64,000 nt of DNA from an uncultured bacterium (GTDB taxonomy: Bacteria; Babelota; Babeliae; Babelales; Babelaceae). The stretch spans positions 896,001-960,000 of the forward strand of contig CAWFXL010000001.1 in assembly GCA_963819815.1 (NCBI GenBank). The letters run 5' to 3'. Below the pieces are notes generated by a model. That model did not search any database. It saw only the letters and a program-made list of their open reading frames with translations, and was not told where the DNA came from. Shown here piece by piece: positions 1 through 9,903 of the stretch; within the stretch, counting starts at the first letter, position 1, and each line of letters opens with the position of its first letter. The translations under genes and the position numbers were made by a program.

Positions 1-131
1 ACGGTGTGTAAGGCACCATAGGGAGTTTCATACCCATTTTCAAGAGCATGCTGTATTTTGATAAGTTCATCAAAGAGTATCTTCATGGTAGCAGTATCAT
101 GGGTAGCCACTACCGGATTAAGTTCTATCAT
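1..131 (-). CDS. Partial CDS running off the window start (MIELNPVVATHDTATMKILFDELIKIQHALENGYETPYGALHT...), possibly glucose-6-phosphate isomerase
   Basis: ATG at 131-129 overlaps the glk TGA (ATGA coupling) and the frame is open to the window edge. The product guess rests on context only. Confidence 0.5.
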   Translation of the reverse strand, partial: MIELNPVVATHDTATMKILFDELIKIQHALENGYETPYGALHT

Positions 132-1195
132 AGAGTTCCTTCCCTACGTAAACGGGCTGCAACAAGTGCGCCATACAGACTTACATTATAATCTGCGATC
201 AACACAACGGGTACCTTAAAAAGCTGTTGGTGCTGTTTGCCGCAATGAGCAAACTCAGCCATAAATTGAGGATCATAAAAGAGTTGCCTATTTTTAGCGG
301 CGATGCCACCAGCTATATATATGCCATTCAAGGCAAGTGACTCAAGGACAAAATTTTTACAGGCGCGGGCGTAGAACGTTCGATAGAGATCAAAGGTATC
401 TTTGCACCGCTGATCCCGTTCTGCAAAGAAGGAGATCCGATCTGGAGGGAAATCAGAAGCAGCAATTTCACGTGAATAGTCAGTTTCTGGGTAGGCTCTA
501 AGTGTCCCAAGAAAACGATAGATGCGTTGAATCCCAGCACCTGAAAGAAGCATCTCCCACGATACGGGACATTTGACATATTCATCATGAATAAAAGTAC
601 TCAACGCAAGCTCCTCTTGGGTATAAAATACCGCATCTGCATGTCCACCTTCTGAGGCAACTGGTAGGTACCGCTTTTCGTCTCTATGCCATAATAACAT
701 GCTTTTCCCTAATCCTGTCCCTGCTCCAATAAAAGCAATATTTCCCTGTTGATGGTGCACTCCTTCTTTATTTATTGAAAGAAGAGACTCTGCAGGTAAC
801 ATCTGAATACCTAAGGCAACTGCTTCAAAATCGTTAATAAGAAAGAGATCCTTAATAGTGGTCACTTTCGCAATAGCATGGGCATTAATTTCAAGGGACA
901 AGTTCGTCGGCCGCGCAGAGACCCTATGAGGATAGACAATCCCCGCTGCACCAAGACAGGCACTGACAAACGTAATATCATAGTATGCCTTTACATAGTC
1001 GATGAGTTCACCCATGAACTGCGTAAAATCAGAAATATTCTGGCTTTTGTAATGAAGCGAAAGAACAAGAATAGGATGCTCAGGATAGAGTGAGAAAATA
1101 CCAAAATTACTATTGGTACCTCCTATATCTCCTGCTAAAAAAAAGGGAAACCGGCGATCAATTTGATCGACATACATAACTTCACGCGGTTCCAT
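128..1195 (-). CDS. glk: Glucokinase
   Basis: LAGDIGGTN, INDFEA, GAGTGLG, SEGGH and IAGGIA motifs of the E. coli-type glucokinase family. Confidence 0.93.
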   Translation of the reverse strand: MEPREVMYVDQIDRRFPFFLAGDIGGTNSNFGIFSLYPEHPILVLSLHYKSQNISDFTQFMGELIDYVKAYYDITFVSACLGAAGIVYPHRVSARPTNLSLEINAHAIAKVTTIKDLFLINDFEAVALGIQMLPAESLLSINKEGVHHQQGNIAFIGAGTGLGKSMLLWHRDEKRYLPVASEGGHADAVFYTQEELALSTFIHDEYVKCPVSWEMLLSGAGIQRIYRFLGTLRAYPETDYSREIAASDFPPDRISFFAERDQRCKDTFDLYRTFYARACKNFVLESLALNGIYIAGGIAAKNRQLFYDPQFMAEFAHCGKQHQQLFKVPVVLIADYNVSLYGALVAARLRREGTL

Positions 1196-1358
1196 ACTGC
1201 TCCTTTCAGATCTTTGATACCTACAAGACTACGTATCCTGTGCTAAATTTGCAAGAGTCGCTATACCCTGAAATGGGCCACTTGTTGAGTTAGCAAATTG
1301 AGCTATACTACTGGTGAGTCGTAAGAAAAAACTACACAACGATGCAAAGGAAAAAAGT

Positions 1359-1790
1359 ATGTACCTGAAACAACTCGCAATCCTCCCATTATTAGGCCTA
1401 CTCTACTCATCACTTGAGGCCACACGCGTGACAAGCTTCAGCGACCTCGTCCGTGGCGGAAAGACAGCGATGTCAGCTTTCCAAGACACTATCAATGCCC
1501 ATAAATTCGTCGTTCTCAAGTGCTCTATGAAAAACTGTGCTCCGTGCAAAAAAATTGCTCCACAGTTTGAAGCACTCGCTACAAAATATAGCCAATCTGC
1601 TGAATTCATCGAAGTTGACATCCATCTCTTTGATGACGTCATACGCCCCTATACTATTAAAAAGGCACCCTCTTTTATAATCTTTTATAAAGGACGTCAT
1701 CTTCTGACACTTCGCGGCTCTGAATCGATCAATCAAATTGCCAAAGCCCTTGATACTCAGCTGCACCTAGAAAACGCTGCTGCAGCATAA
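1359..1790 (+). CDS. Exported thioredoxin-family protein (CAPC)
   Basis: Signal-peptide-like N-terminus, NCAPCK active site and cis-Pro loop (APSF). Start moved to ATG 1359, downstream of AAGGA. Confidence 0.85.
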   Translation: MYLKQLAILPLLGLLYSSLEATRVTSFSDLVRGGKTAMSAFQDTINAHKFVVLKCSMKNCAPCKKIAPQFEALATKYSQSAEFIEVDIHLFDDVIRPYTIKKAPSFIIFYKGRHLLTLRGSESINQIAKALDTQLHLENAAAA

Positions 1791-1810
1791 TTACCTGTAA
1801 AAAGACCTAG

Positions 1811-1835
1811 AGCAGGGCCTGCGCCCTGCTTTTCT
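1811..1835 (+). terminator. Intrinsic terminator
   Basis: AGCAGGGC-ctgc-GCCCTGCT stem followed by TTTCT. Confidence 0.7.
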
Positions 1836-1947
1836 TATGAAGAATGAATACATCTAGAAACTTTTTAAAAAATATTAAAAACCATTGAATTAACTCCTTT
1901 CAATATGATACTATTATATTAGTAACACAAAAAAAGGAGCACTCCAC

Positions 1948-2403
1948 ATGAAAATTACTCATCTTACGCTACTGACTGCTCTTATCGGCTCTTCAGCATA
2001 TGGTATAGAACGAACTTCAGTAATTGCAGCAAAAATGCATTATCCTCAATTGATCATCAGATTGCGCAACCAAACGGATACTTTTCTTGCCCACGTTCGT
2101 ATTCAAATGAGAATCGATGTACAAAATTTAAGATCAAAAAATCTTGAACTACGAGCGGATGAAATGGCTATTCTTTCAAAAGATGCCTATTTTGAGCTTG
2201 AAAAGAAAATTGATGCAACATTTGAAGAGCTCAGTCGCATCTTTATCACAGGTGCACAAAAGCTTGATTATGATGATGCACCGCTTAAAGCGAAGCAAGC
2301 ATTCGTCAGCACAATGAAAAAGCTAGCTCAAGAAAAAGTTACTAAATTACTCGTCAAGAAAGCAAACCACGCTCACAACAATCCACTAAATGTTGACATT
2401 TAG
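1948..2403 (+). CDS. Hypothetical exported helical protein
   Basis: AGGAG RBS, signal peptide ending in AYG, 151 aa. Confidence 0.7.
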   Translation: MKITHLTLLTALIGSSAYGIERTSVIAAKMHYPQLIIRLRNQTDTFLAHVRIQMRIDVQNLRSKNLELRADEMAILSKDAYFELEKKIDATFEELSRIFITGAQKLDYDDAPLKAKQAFVSTMKKLAQEKVTKLLVKKANHAHNNPLNVDI

Positions 2404-2599
2404 ACTCAATAATTTCTATTATTAATAGTGAGCAGAATAAATGCTCACGCAGATTAAAAAAAAGGAATTGACATATATGCAAAAAGCTTCTGCACAAGCT
2501 AGTTATGTTGAATAAGCGTACCTATGTACGATGTAGAAATAAAAAGAGTTGCTCATGAAAATCGAAAAACAACACATATAAAAAAAATAGGAATATACC

Positions 2600-2782
2600 A
2601 TGGCACATAAATCAAAAGACAATAAAGAGCATTTTAGCTCACAGGCAAAATATACAAGTACACCAAAGCGCAAACGGCCAAGTCGTGAGCGTGGACCATA
2701 CGGCGAAAATACCGGTACGGTTCAAAAAAGAAACCAAAAAACCAAGATCGACAAGGGAGGGAGCTCAACCGAAACCACGTAA
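2600..2782 (+). CDS. Small basic hydrophilic protein
   Basis: 60 aa, K/R-rich, AGGA RBS, directly upstream of the histone-like gene. Confidence 0.5.
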   Translation: MAHKSKDNKEHFSSQAKYTSTPKRKRPSRERGPYGENTGTVQKRNQKTKIDKGGSSTETT

Positions 2783-2926
2783 TAAAGAACAAAAAAAGAT
2801 GATACCTCTCAATGAAGCGAGGACCATCTTTACACTATACCGGTAGATCTAAACGACACAGAAGGATGTCGTAAAAGGAATAGTGAAGTATATACACATG
2901 TTTAACAGAAAAAAGGGGAAAAAAAC

Positions 2927-3499
2927 ATGGCAAAGAAAACAACAAGTTCACAAGGTTCTGTGTCAAAAAGACACGTTAAAGCCGGAAAAATTGGTGGTTT
3001 AGCTCCTCACGTATGTCGTGGTAGCGAATGCACAAAGATCCGCAAAGCGGCTGCTGAGCTTAAAAAAGCTCGCGGATATACAGCTGATGAATTGCTCGAA
3101 TTCCTCGGTGTAGCTGCATTGCCTAAAGGGCATGGCGGTGCTAGTGAAATCTCAAAAGCAAAAGCTCCTGCAAAAAAGAAAGCCGCTAAAAGAAAACCGG
3201 CTAAGAAAAAAGCTGCTCCTAAGCGTAAAGCTGCTGCTAAAAAGGCTGCTCCTAAACGTAAAGCCGCTAAAAAAGCCGCTCCAAGAAAAGCCGCTGCTAA
3301 AAAAGCTGCTCCAAAACGTAAAGTTGCTGCTAAGAAGGCCGCTCCTAAACGTAAAGCTGCCGCTAAAAAGGCTGCTCCAAGAAAAGCCGCTGCCAAAAAA
3401 GCTGCTCCAAAAAGAGCCGTTGCTAAAAAGGCCGCTCCTAAACGTAAAGCCGCTAAAAAAGCCGCTCCAAGAAAAGGTGCTATGAAAAAAGCTGCATAA
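2927..3499 (+). CDS. Histone H1-like Lys/Ala/Pro-rich DNA-binding protein (HC2-like)
   Basis: The C-terminal ~110 aa are KKAAP(K)RK(A/V)AA repeats. GGGGA RBS upstream and a terminator downstream. Confidence 0.85.
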   Translation: MAKKTTSSQGSVSKRHVKAGKIGGLAPHVCRGSECTKIRKAAAELKKARGYTADELLEFLGVAALPKGHGGASEISKAKAPAKKKAAKRKPAKKKAAPKRKAAAKKAAPKRKAAKKAAPRKAAAKKAAPKRKVAAKKAAPKRKAAAKKAAPRKAAAKKAAPKRAVAKKAAPKRKAAKKAAPRKGAMKKAA

Positions 3500-3527
3500 G
3501 CTTTTAGCAAGCAACTCGCACTCTTAC

Positions 3528-3563
3528 AAAAAGGGGGATTTTCAAAAGAAATCTCCCTTTTTT
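3528..3563 (+). terminator. Intrinsic terminator
   Basis: AAAAAGGGGGATTT...AAATCTCCCTTTTTT hairpin with U-tract. Confidence 0.75.
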
Positions 3564-3652
3564 CTTAAAACTCTTGAATTTTGTAAATACATTTTGGCAT
3601 AGTAGAGGTACGAATTAACAATATACCTGTTTCCAAACAAAGGAGAATCTTT

Positions 3653-3919
3653 ATGAAACACGTACTATTAGGCCTTGCCTTACTTTCTACAGGCGCAGCT
3701 TTCAGCATGCATCAAGAAGTTCATCACATGACTGGTGAAGTTCAAGGCATGAAAGAAGAACGCGACTCTTGCCATGAGCAAGTAAAAAAACTTCATAAGA
3801 GAGTAGAAGAGCTCAATGAAAAGATTTCTCGAGCTGAATCTGCTTTACATTCTAAAAAGGAAGAAGCGCACCGCGCAAACACTCCTGCTCCTGCACATCC
3901 TGCTGGACATGTAGCGTAA
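3653..3919 (+). CDS. Small exported coiled-coil, His-rich protein
   Basis: AAGGAG RBS, signal peptide (AAFS), heptad pattern. Confidence 0.75.
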   Translation: MKHVLLGLALLSTGAAFSMHQEVHHMTGEVQGMKEERDSCHEQVKKLHKRVEELNEKISRAESALHSKKEEAHRANTPAPAHPAGHVA

Positions 3920-3938
3920 TCTCTTTTAGAAAGACTTA

Positions 3939-3971
3939 AAGAAGGGCCTTTTCAATGAGAAGGTCCTTCTT
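3939..3971 (+). terminator. Probable terminator hairpin
   Basis: AAGAAGGGCCTT...AAGGTCCTTCTT inverted repeat. Confidence 0.55.
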
Positions 3972-3993
3972 ACATACAAGGGGAACTATCACA

Positions 3994-4416
3994 ATGTTTA
4001 GATTATATTATGTACTCATTCTGTTATCCATATCGGCAACTCAGATACTCTTAGGCACAGCCATCGAAATCAAGACAATGGCTGACTATAAAGCCTTATG
4101 TGCCCAAGATAAGCCTGTTGTTCTCATGTTCTATGCACCCTGGTGCGGTGCCTGTACAAGTATGAAAGAGCCTTATAATGAGGTATCTACTGGTTCTAAG
4201 GACGTTATCCTCGCTAAGGTCAGTATCGATAATGCTGAAACAAAAAGCCTTAAAGACGCTTTTTGTGTAACCGCAGTTCCCACCTTTATCACCCGTCAAA
4301 CGGGCACCATGAGCAAAGAGGCTCTCTCAAATATGGTCAAAGGACATAGCAGACAACCTCTCACCCCAAAGGCTCCTGCAAAGGAAGTTCCTTCAAATCC
4401 AAGTGCTAAAAAATAA
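3994..4416 (+). CDS. Exported thioredoxin-family protein (WCGAC)
   Basis: FYAPWCGAC and VPTF motifs, hydrophobic N-terminus. Start at ATG 3994, after GGGGA. Confidence 0.85.
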   Translation: MFRLYYVLILLSISATQILLGTAIEIKTMADYKALCAQDKPVVLMFYAPWCGACTSMKEPYNEVSTGSKDVILAKVSIDNAETKSLKDAFCVTAVPTFITRQTGTMSKEALSNMVKGHSRQPLTPKAPAKEVPSNPSAKK

Positions 4417-4511
4417 CCCAGAGGCCCTGTAAATGGGGCCTTTTGGCATGCATTCCTCCTGCTGGTAGACTGATATGTGTCTATGAAATTGTACTACTAT
4501 GAGGAACATCT

Positions 4512-4904
4512 ATGAAAAAGATAGCACTCCCTTTACTCTTTGCATGCGCATTATTGCTGTCAAACAGGGCAGAATCACGCTTGGTCACCGTCAACTCGGT
4601 TGAGGAATATTACCAACATTATAATGGCAATACTCCTATGATTACTTTGTATGCTGCAGAATGGTGCCCACCCTGCAAACAGACAAAGCCCCATTTCTAT
4701 GCAGCAGCCAAAGCGGCTGATGATATTACCTTTTGTGTGATCGATATCGATGCAGACGCATTTGCCCCTATTCTTTCTCAGATATCTGGTATCCCTACGA
4801 TTATCTATAGCCATAAAGGAAAGCCGGTCACGCGCACCGTGGGGGGCAAGAACCGCCAAAATTTAGATACTGCAATTCAGAGCTTCCGAAGTATGGTGCG
4901 CTAA
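4512..4904 (+). CDS. Exported thioredoxin-family protein (WCPPC)
   Basis: AEWCPPCK and IPT motifs, signal peptide, GAGGA RBS. Confidence 0.9.
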   Translation: MKKIALPLLFACALLLSNRAESRLVTVNSVEEYYQHYNGNTPMITLYAAEWCPPCKQTKPHFYAAAKAADDITFCVIDIDADAFAPILSQISGIPTIIYSHKGKPVTRTVGGKNRQNLDTAIQSFRSMVR

Positions 4905-5236
4905 GCATCAAAGCGACGAGCTTATAGGCACTACCTCATGGCGAGAAGGTCCTACTTCCTCCCACGTAGAAATGTCCCAACAAGGTCCTTTAGGGCAAAC
5001 TTATAGGACATTTCTACGTGGGAAATCTCCATGCATGGGCAACAAGCGAAACTATCCTTTCAAACGTAGTTATCGTATACCCTATGAATTCAAAAGCACC
5101 GTAATGGGAAGTTTCATGAGAAAAATGGGACAAAGCATCCATAAGGCCAAATAAATAAGCCCTTTTGGCAGATGCTCCTTCTCCTGATAGACTGGTATCT
5201 GTCTATGAAAACTGTACTACCGTCAGAGGAATATCT

Positions 5237-5677
5237 ATGAAAATGACCTTACTGCCTGCATTACTTCTTGGATGGGCACTACTCCTGTCAAACCATGCAG
5301 AGGCACGCATGATAACCGTCAGTTCATCTGATGAATATACCAAGTATTATCAAGGTGATACGCCTCTGATAACCATGTACTCTGCAGAATGGTGCGGCCC
5401 CTGTAAACAGATGAAGCCACATTTTTATGCAGCAGCAGAAGCGGCAAGCGATATTATCTTTTGTGTCATCGATACCGAAGCAAAAGCTTTTTCCAAAATT
5501 CTTTCAGACATACGAAGTATCCCCACTACTATCTTGAGCCACAAAGGAAAACAGATTAATCGCACCAGTGGAGGTCTAACGCGTACACAGATCGATACGT
5601 CAATTAATGAGTTGCGCAGTAAGACTCGACAAGAACAGCCCAAGGCAACTCAACCGATAGCTCCTCAAAAAAAGTAG
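5237..5677 (+). CDS. Exported thioredoxin-family protein (WCGPC), paralog of 4512-4904
   Basis: AEWCGPCK and IPT motifs. Start moved to ATG 5237 after GAGGA, by alignment with the paralog. Confidence 0.9.
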   Translation: MKMTLLPALLLGWALLLSNHAEARMITVSSSDEYTKYYQGDTPLITMYSAEWCGPCKQMKPHFYAAAEAASDIIFCVIDTEAKAFSKILSDIRSIPTTILSHKGKQINRTSGGLTRTQIDTSINELRSKTRQEQPKATQPIAPQKK

Positions 5678-5757
5678 GAAAGTATTGACTGCACTCGCTC
5701 AACAAAGCTAGAGTAGTAACAGTCAATGATACACCACAACCCACAAAGGAGAACCCT

Positions 5758-6225
5758 ATGTATAGAATGTATAGAAGTTTATATATCACAGCGATTCTGT
5801 TTTTTACCGCAGGACTGTCTGCAAAAGGTCTAGCTCAAGACATAAAAGACGTAGCAGCCTATAGAGAGGTCGTTAAAAAGCAGGGTCCTAAAGTGATTGT
5901 GTTCAGCTCTGTTACCTGCACAGCCTGCGACTCTCATATGCAAGCTCTTGATGAAGTTGCAAGAAAGTATCCTCAAGTCGGTTTCTATAGCTTTGATGTC
6001 GGCGATCTGTCAGATCTTCGCAAAGAATTAGGCATCAAATACTATCCAACAACGCACTTCCTACCAAACGGTAAAAAGTTTGATAGAAGTATGGGAGCTG
6101 CCGAGCTTGACGAAACAGTATATGAACTGGTACATGGTAAAAAGAAAGCTGAAGTTGCACCTGCACAACCAGTAGCGCCAGTAAAACGGACTACTCGCAA
6201 ACAGCCTACGACTGCAGCCGCGTAG
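5758..6225 (+). CDS. Exported thioredoxin-like protein (CTAC)
   Basis: VFSSVTCTAC and YPT motifs, signal peptide, AAGGAG RBS. Confidence 0.8.
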   Translation: MYRMYRSLYITAILFFTAGLSAKGLAQDIKDVAAYREVVKKQGPKVIVFSSVTCTACDSHMQALDEVARKYPQVGFYSFDVGDLSDLRKELGIKYYPTTHFLPNGKKFDRSMGAAELDETVYELVHGKKKAEVAPAQPVAPVKRTTRKQPTTAAA

Positions 6226-6257
6226 AGTAGTTCGTTAATCAACGATAATCAATTAAT

Positions 6258-6283
6258 AAACCCCAGTGTTTTCACTGGGGTTT
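6258..6283. terminator. Bidirectional terminator
   Basis: AAACCCCAGTG-tttt-CACTGGGGTTT between convergent genes. Confidence 0.8.
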
Positions 6284-6319
6284 GTTGTTCTCTGCACTAA
6301 TGGCTCATCGTATAAACTT

Positions 6320-8314
6320 CTATCCCATTGAAGCCAATAAGAGGGCAACAACGGACATCAACTTAATAAGAATATTAAGTGATGGTCCAGATGTATCTTT
6401 AAAGGGGTCCCCTACCGTGTCGCCAACAACGGCAGCTTTATGAGCATCAGAGCCTTTGCCACCCAAGTGACCGGCCTCAATATATTTCTTAGCATTATCC
6501 CAGGCACCACCACCGTTTGCCATCATAAGCGCAAGCAATACACCAACGACCGTTGCTCCTACGAGGACGCCACCCAAACCATATTTACCAAGGGCACTAT
6601 GGTACACCACAATAGGCACCGCTACGGCAAGGAATCCTGGAAGAATCATTTCATGAAGTGCTGCTTTGGTACTGATGGCAACGCAGCGTGCATAGTCCGC
6701 CTCTGCTTTTCCTTCCATAAGTCCCGGTATCTCCCTAAATTGGCGTCGTACCTCTAAGACCATCAAGAGAGCAGCATCTCCAACAGAGCGCATGGTAAGT
6801 GACGATATTACGAAAGGTAATACCGAGCCAATAAAGATGCCTACCAATACTTCGACCTGTAACAAATCAAGTGTTGCTAACTCTGCCTGTTCACAATATG
6901 CTGCAAACATACCGAGCGCCGCTAAAAGAGCTGATCCTATAGCAAAGCCTTTTCCTATGGCAGCAGTGGTATTGCCGAGTGCATCAAGCTTATCGGTAAT
7001 TTTGCGCACAGATGGTCCAAAGCCTGCCATTTCACTGATGCCACCGCTATTATCAGCAATAGGACCATACCCATCAACCGTCATGGTGATCCCTACTGTT
7101 GCTAACATAGAAACTGCAGCAATAGACACCCCAAATCCATATCCTCCAAATACATAGGCACCCCATACACCAAAGGCAAGAATAACGACGGGTAGCGCTA
7201 CTGATTCCATACCTACCGAGAGGCCATAGATAATATTTGTTGCCGCTCCTGAGCGTGAACTTTCTGCAAGTTTTATAACCGGAGTTCCAGCTGTATAATA
7301 TTCGGTAATAAGCCCAATCGCTATTCCAGCGACACAGCCTATAATCACTGACCAGATAAGATCGCCAGACTCAAAGAAGCCACCGATCCCCATATATCTC
7401 ATATAGATAAAAGCAAAAACCGCAAATGAGACAATTGCTATATTCGTTGCATTGCGAAGCATAGCCGCAGGAGACGCCCTTAAGATAGTATTAGCAAGCA
7501 GGCCAAGAAACGAACCGGCTAGGCCAAGGACTGAAAGCACTACAGGCAAGGTAATATAGAGCTCTGTATGCACTTTTTTTGTGGTTGCTAACGCAATAGC
7601 GCCGATCATAGCGCCCACATATGATTCAAAAATATCGGCTCCCATGCCTGCAGTATCGCCGACACAGTCACCTACGTTATCTGCAATCACCGCGGGATTA
7701 CGTGGATCATCTTCAGGGATTCCCGCCTCGAGTTTACCTACAAGATCTGCTCCCACATCTGCTGACTTTGTGTAAATGCCGCCACCTACACGTGCAAAAA
7801 AGGCAACGAGTGATGCTCCAAAACCGAAGCTTGATAAATACATCACGAAATCTGGGGTTTCTTGAAGAAAATAAAGCAGTAAGCCCAATCCAAGAATACC
7901 AAAGCTTGCAACGGCAAAGCCCATAACGCCACCACCAAGGAAGGCTATGAGAAATGCAGCGTGCTCACCCTTATCTTTTGCAGCTATAGCAGTACGCACA
8001 TTAGCTTTGGTAGCTGCGTCCATACCTATAAGGCCACAGGTTAGAGAAAAAACCGATCCTGCTAAAAAGCAAAACGCTGAATAGATACCTCCAAAGTAAC
8101 CGAGCAGCATAATAACTGGAACGACCACAAAGGCGATCACCCGATATTCTTCTCTCAAAAAGGTCATAGCACCGAGCCTAATTGCGTTCGCTATCTTAGC
8201 AGCACGCTCATCGGTAACTTTTTGCTTAGATATTTGTTGCATCAAAAAGACAATCAATGCAAATCCAGCGATAGAAGCACCCAGTATTGTCACTAACAAA
8301 TAAGAGACTATCAT
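6320..8314 (-). CDS. hppA: Membrane-bound cation-translocating pyrophosphatase (K+-dependent, probably Na+-pumping)
   Basis: [27 protein letters not shown] and [11 protein letters not shown] motifs. GNTTAA is the K+-dependent signature; DIFESY is also present. Confidence 0.95.
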   Translation of the reverse strand: MIVSYLLVTILGASIAGFALIVFLMQQISKQKVTDERAAKIANAIRLGAMTFLREEYRVIAFVVVPVIMLLGYFGGIYSAFCFLAGSVFSLTCGLIGMDAATKANVRTAIAAKDKGEHAAFLIAFLGGGVMGFAVASFGILGLGLLLYFLQETPDFVMYLSSFGFGASLVAFFARVGGGIYTKSADVGADLVGKLEAGIPEDDPRNPAVIADNVGDCVGDTAGMGADIFESYVGAMIGAIALATTKKVHTELYITLPVVLSVLGLAGSFLGLLANTILRASPAAMLRNATNIAIVSFAVFAFIYMRYMGIGGFFESGDLIWSVIIGCVAGIAIGLITEYYTAGTPVIKLAESSRSGAATNIIYGLSVGMESVALPVVILAFGVWGAYVFGGYGFGVSIAAVSMLATVGITMTVDGYGPIADNSGGISEMAGFGPSVRKITDKLDALGNTTAAIGKGFAIGSALLAALGMFAAYCEQAELATLDLLQVEVLVGIFIGSVLPFVISSLTMRSVGDAALLMVLEVRRQFREIPGLMEGKAEADYARCVAISTKAALHEMILPGFLAVAVPIVVYHSALGKYGLGGVLVGATVVGVLLALMMANGGGAWDNAKKYIEAGHLGGKGSDAHKAAVVGDTVGDPFKDTSGPSLNILIKLMSVVALLLASMG

Positions 8315-8378
8315 ATGCGCTCATCTCCATGCTAAAAAAATTAATATAAAATTACCAAACTAGTATCTCATCCTTTTT

Positions 8379-9806
8379 TCAAGAGTGCAAGGTGCGCAAA
8401 ATACCCACTTCGCTAAAAGGAATCTTTGTATCTTTAATATGCTGATATTCAACGGGGCCCTTACCAAGAAGTACCAGCAGGCTCCCTGGTTGCGTATGGG
8501 CATAGGCTCTTCGAATCGCACTCTCACGATCAAGATCTACAAGCACCTTATGGCGCTCCTCCTGAGGAATACCTTCCAAGATTGCTTTCACGATATCTTC
8601 TGCCTCCTCTGAGCGTGGATTATCGGTCGTTAAAATAATCTCATCAGCATACTGGGCTGCTACGGCACCCATTAAAGGTCTTTTCAGAGCATCACGGTCA
8701 CCCCCTGCACCAAAGATAGCAATTAGATGCGAGCTTAACGGGCGCACTGCAGAAAAAAAAGCTTCAAACGATGAGGGAGTATGCGCATTGTCGATAACTG
8801 CAATTGCGCCGTTAGGCAACGCATACCTGCATATTCTGCCAGGCACTCCTTGAAAAAGATCGAGTGCCTTTTGAATCACTTCGTGCTGTATACCATAGCG
8901 TTGAACTACTGCTACCGATGCTAACAGATTATAGGCACTAAATTCACCAAGTAATGCCGCGCATGAAAGCTTAAAGGTCCCTTGTGGAGTCTCAAGGTTC
9001 ATGCAAAGCCCTGAAAGGTTACTCGCAAGAAGCCTTCCGTTATAAGAGCCATTACCCTGCATACTGATAGTTTCTTTTGCTATTATAGTAGGTACATTCT
9101 TTCTTACCCTTTCATCATCAGTATTTACGACAACCAATCCACTTGATTGTACAAGCTCATAGAGCTTATACTTCGCAGCAAAATAGTGATCGATACTCTC
9201 ATAAAATTCTGAATGTTCTAAGCTAAAGTTCGTAAAAATCGCCGCATCAAAGAGCACATCATCAAGGCGATGAACACTGAGCGCCTGAGCAGCCGCCTCC
9301 ATAACCACAATTTCAACACCCTTCTTTTTACATTCTGCAAAAAAAGCATGTAAATAATCGGGCTGCGGAGTAGTAAGCGGTGCTTCATACTCTTGATCAA
9401 TAATCGAATATTTAACGGTACCAAGAAGAGCAGTCTTATGTCCTGCAGTCTTCAGAATATGCTCGAGTAAGAAGGCGGTAGTCGTCTTACCTTTGGTACC
9501 AGTAATACCGATTACCTTGAGACTATGTGCAGGATATCCATACGCTTCTGCAGCCAACGCGCTGAGCGCCTTCCTTGCTGAAGGAACCCGCATGAGCTGT
9601 GCATTATGCTGGGTGATAGCCTGAGTGATTACTACAGGAAGTTCGGTGCCTTCTTCGACGACAATTTTAGTAGCTCCCTTCTTGAGAGCGTCAAGAATAT
9701 AGGAGCTTCCTTCTTCTTTAAACCCTTTGATGGCAACAAAGGTACTTCCCGGACCCACATGATCCGTATGGCTGGTGACAAGAAAATGTTTCGGCACTAG
9801 TTTCAT
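8379..9806 (-). CDS. murE: UDP-N-acetylmuramoyl-tripeptide synthetase
   Basis: GITGTKGKTTT, LTTP, DNAHTP, GAGGDRD, DNPRSE and GKG motifs. Confidence 0.93.
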   Translation of the reverse strand: MKLVPKHFLVTSHTDHVGPGSTFVAIKGFKEEGSSYILDALKKGATKIVVEEGTELPVVITQAITQHNAQLMRVPSARKALSALAAEAYGYPAHSLKVIGITGTKGKTTTAFLLEHILKTAGHKTALLGTVKYSIIDQEYEAPLTTPQPDYLHAFFAECKKKGVEIVVMEAAAQALSVHRLDDVLFDAAIFTNFSLEHSEFYESIDHYFAAKYKLYELVQSSGLVVVNTDDERVRKNVPTIIAKETISMQGNGSYNGRLLASNLSGLCMNLETPQGTFKLSCAALLGEFSAYNLLASVAVVQRYGIQHEVIQKALDLFQGVPGRICRYALPNGAIAVIDNAHTPSSFEAFFSAVRPLSSHLIAIFGAGGDRDALKRPLMGAVAAQYADEIILTTDNPRSEEAEDIVKAILEGIPQEERHKVLVDLDRESAIRRAYAHTQPGSLLVLLGKGPVEYQHIKDTKIPFSEVGILRTLHS

Positions 9807-9903
9807 GGTCGTTCATAGTTAGAAAAATGTTCCTTATCTACCACCAGTAAGCATGCTTGCAGATCTACCGCGACCAATGCTGTATGAGAAAGTAGGAACT
9901 GTA

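Noticed and set aside
2477..2610. Tiny ORFs (12 and 28 aa) upstream of the basic protein
   Set aside because: Too short, in A-rich sequence, with no independent support.
3007..3514. Antisense and alternate-frame ORFs over the histone-like gene
   Set aside because: Shadows of the low-complexity AAA/GCT codon repeats. The RBS and terminator support only 2927-3499.
4972..5154. 60-aa ORF between the thioredoxin paralogs
   Set aside because: No clear RBS or recognisable motif; probably spurious.
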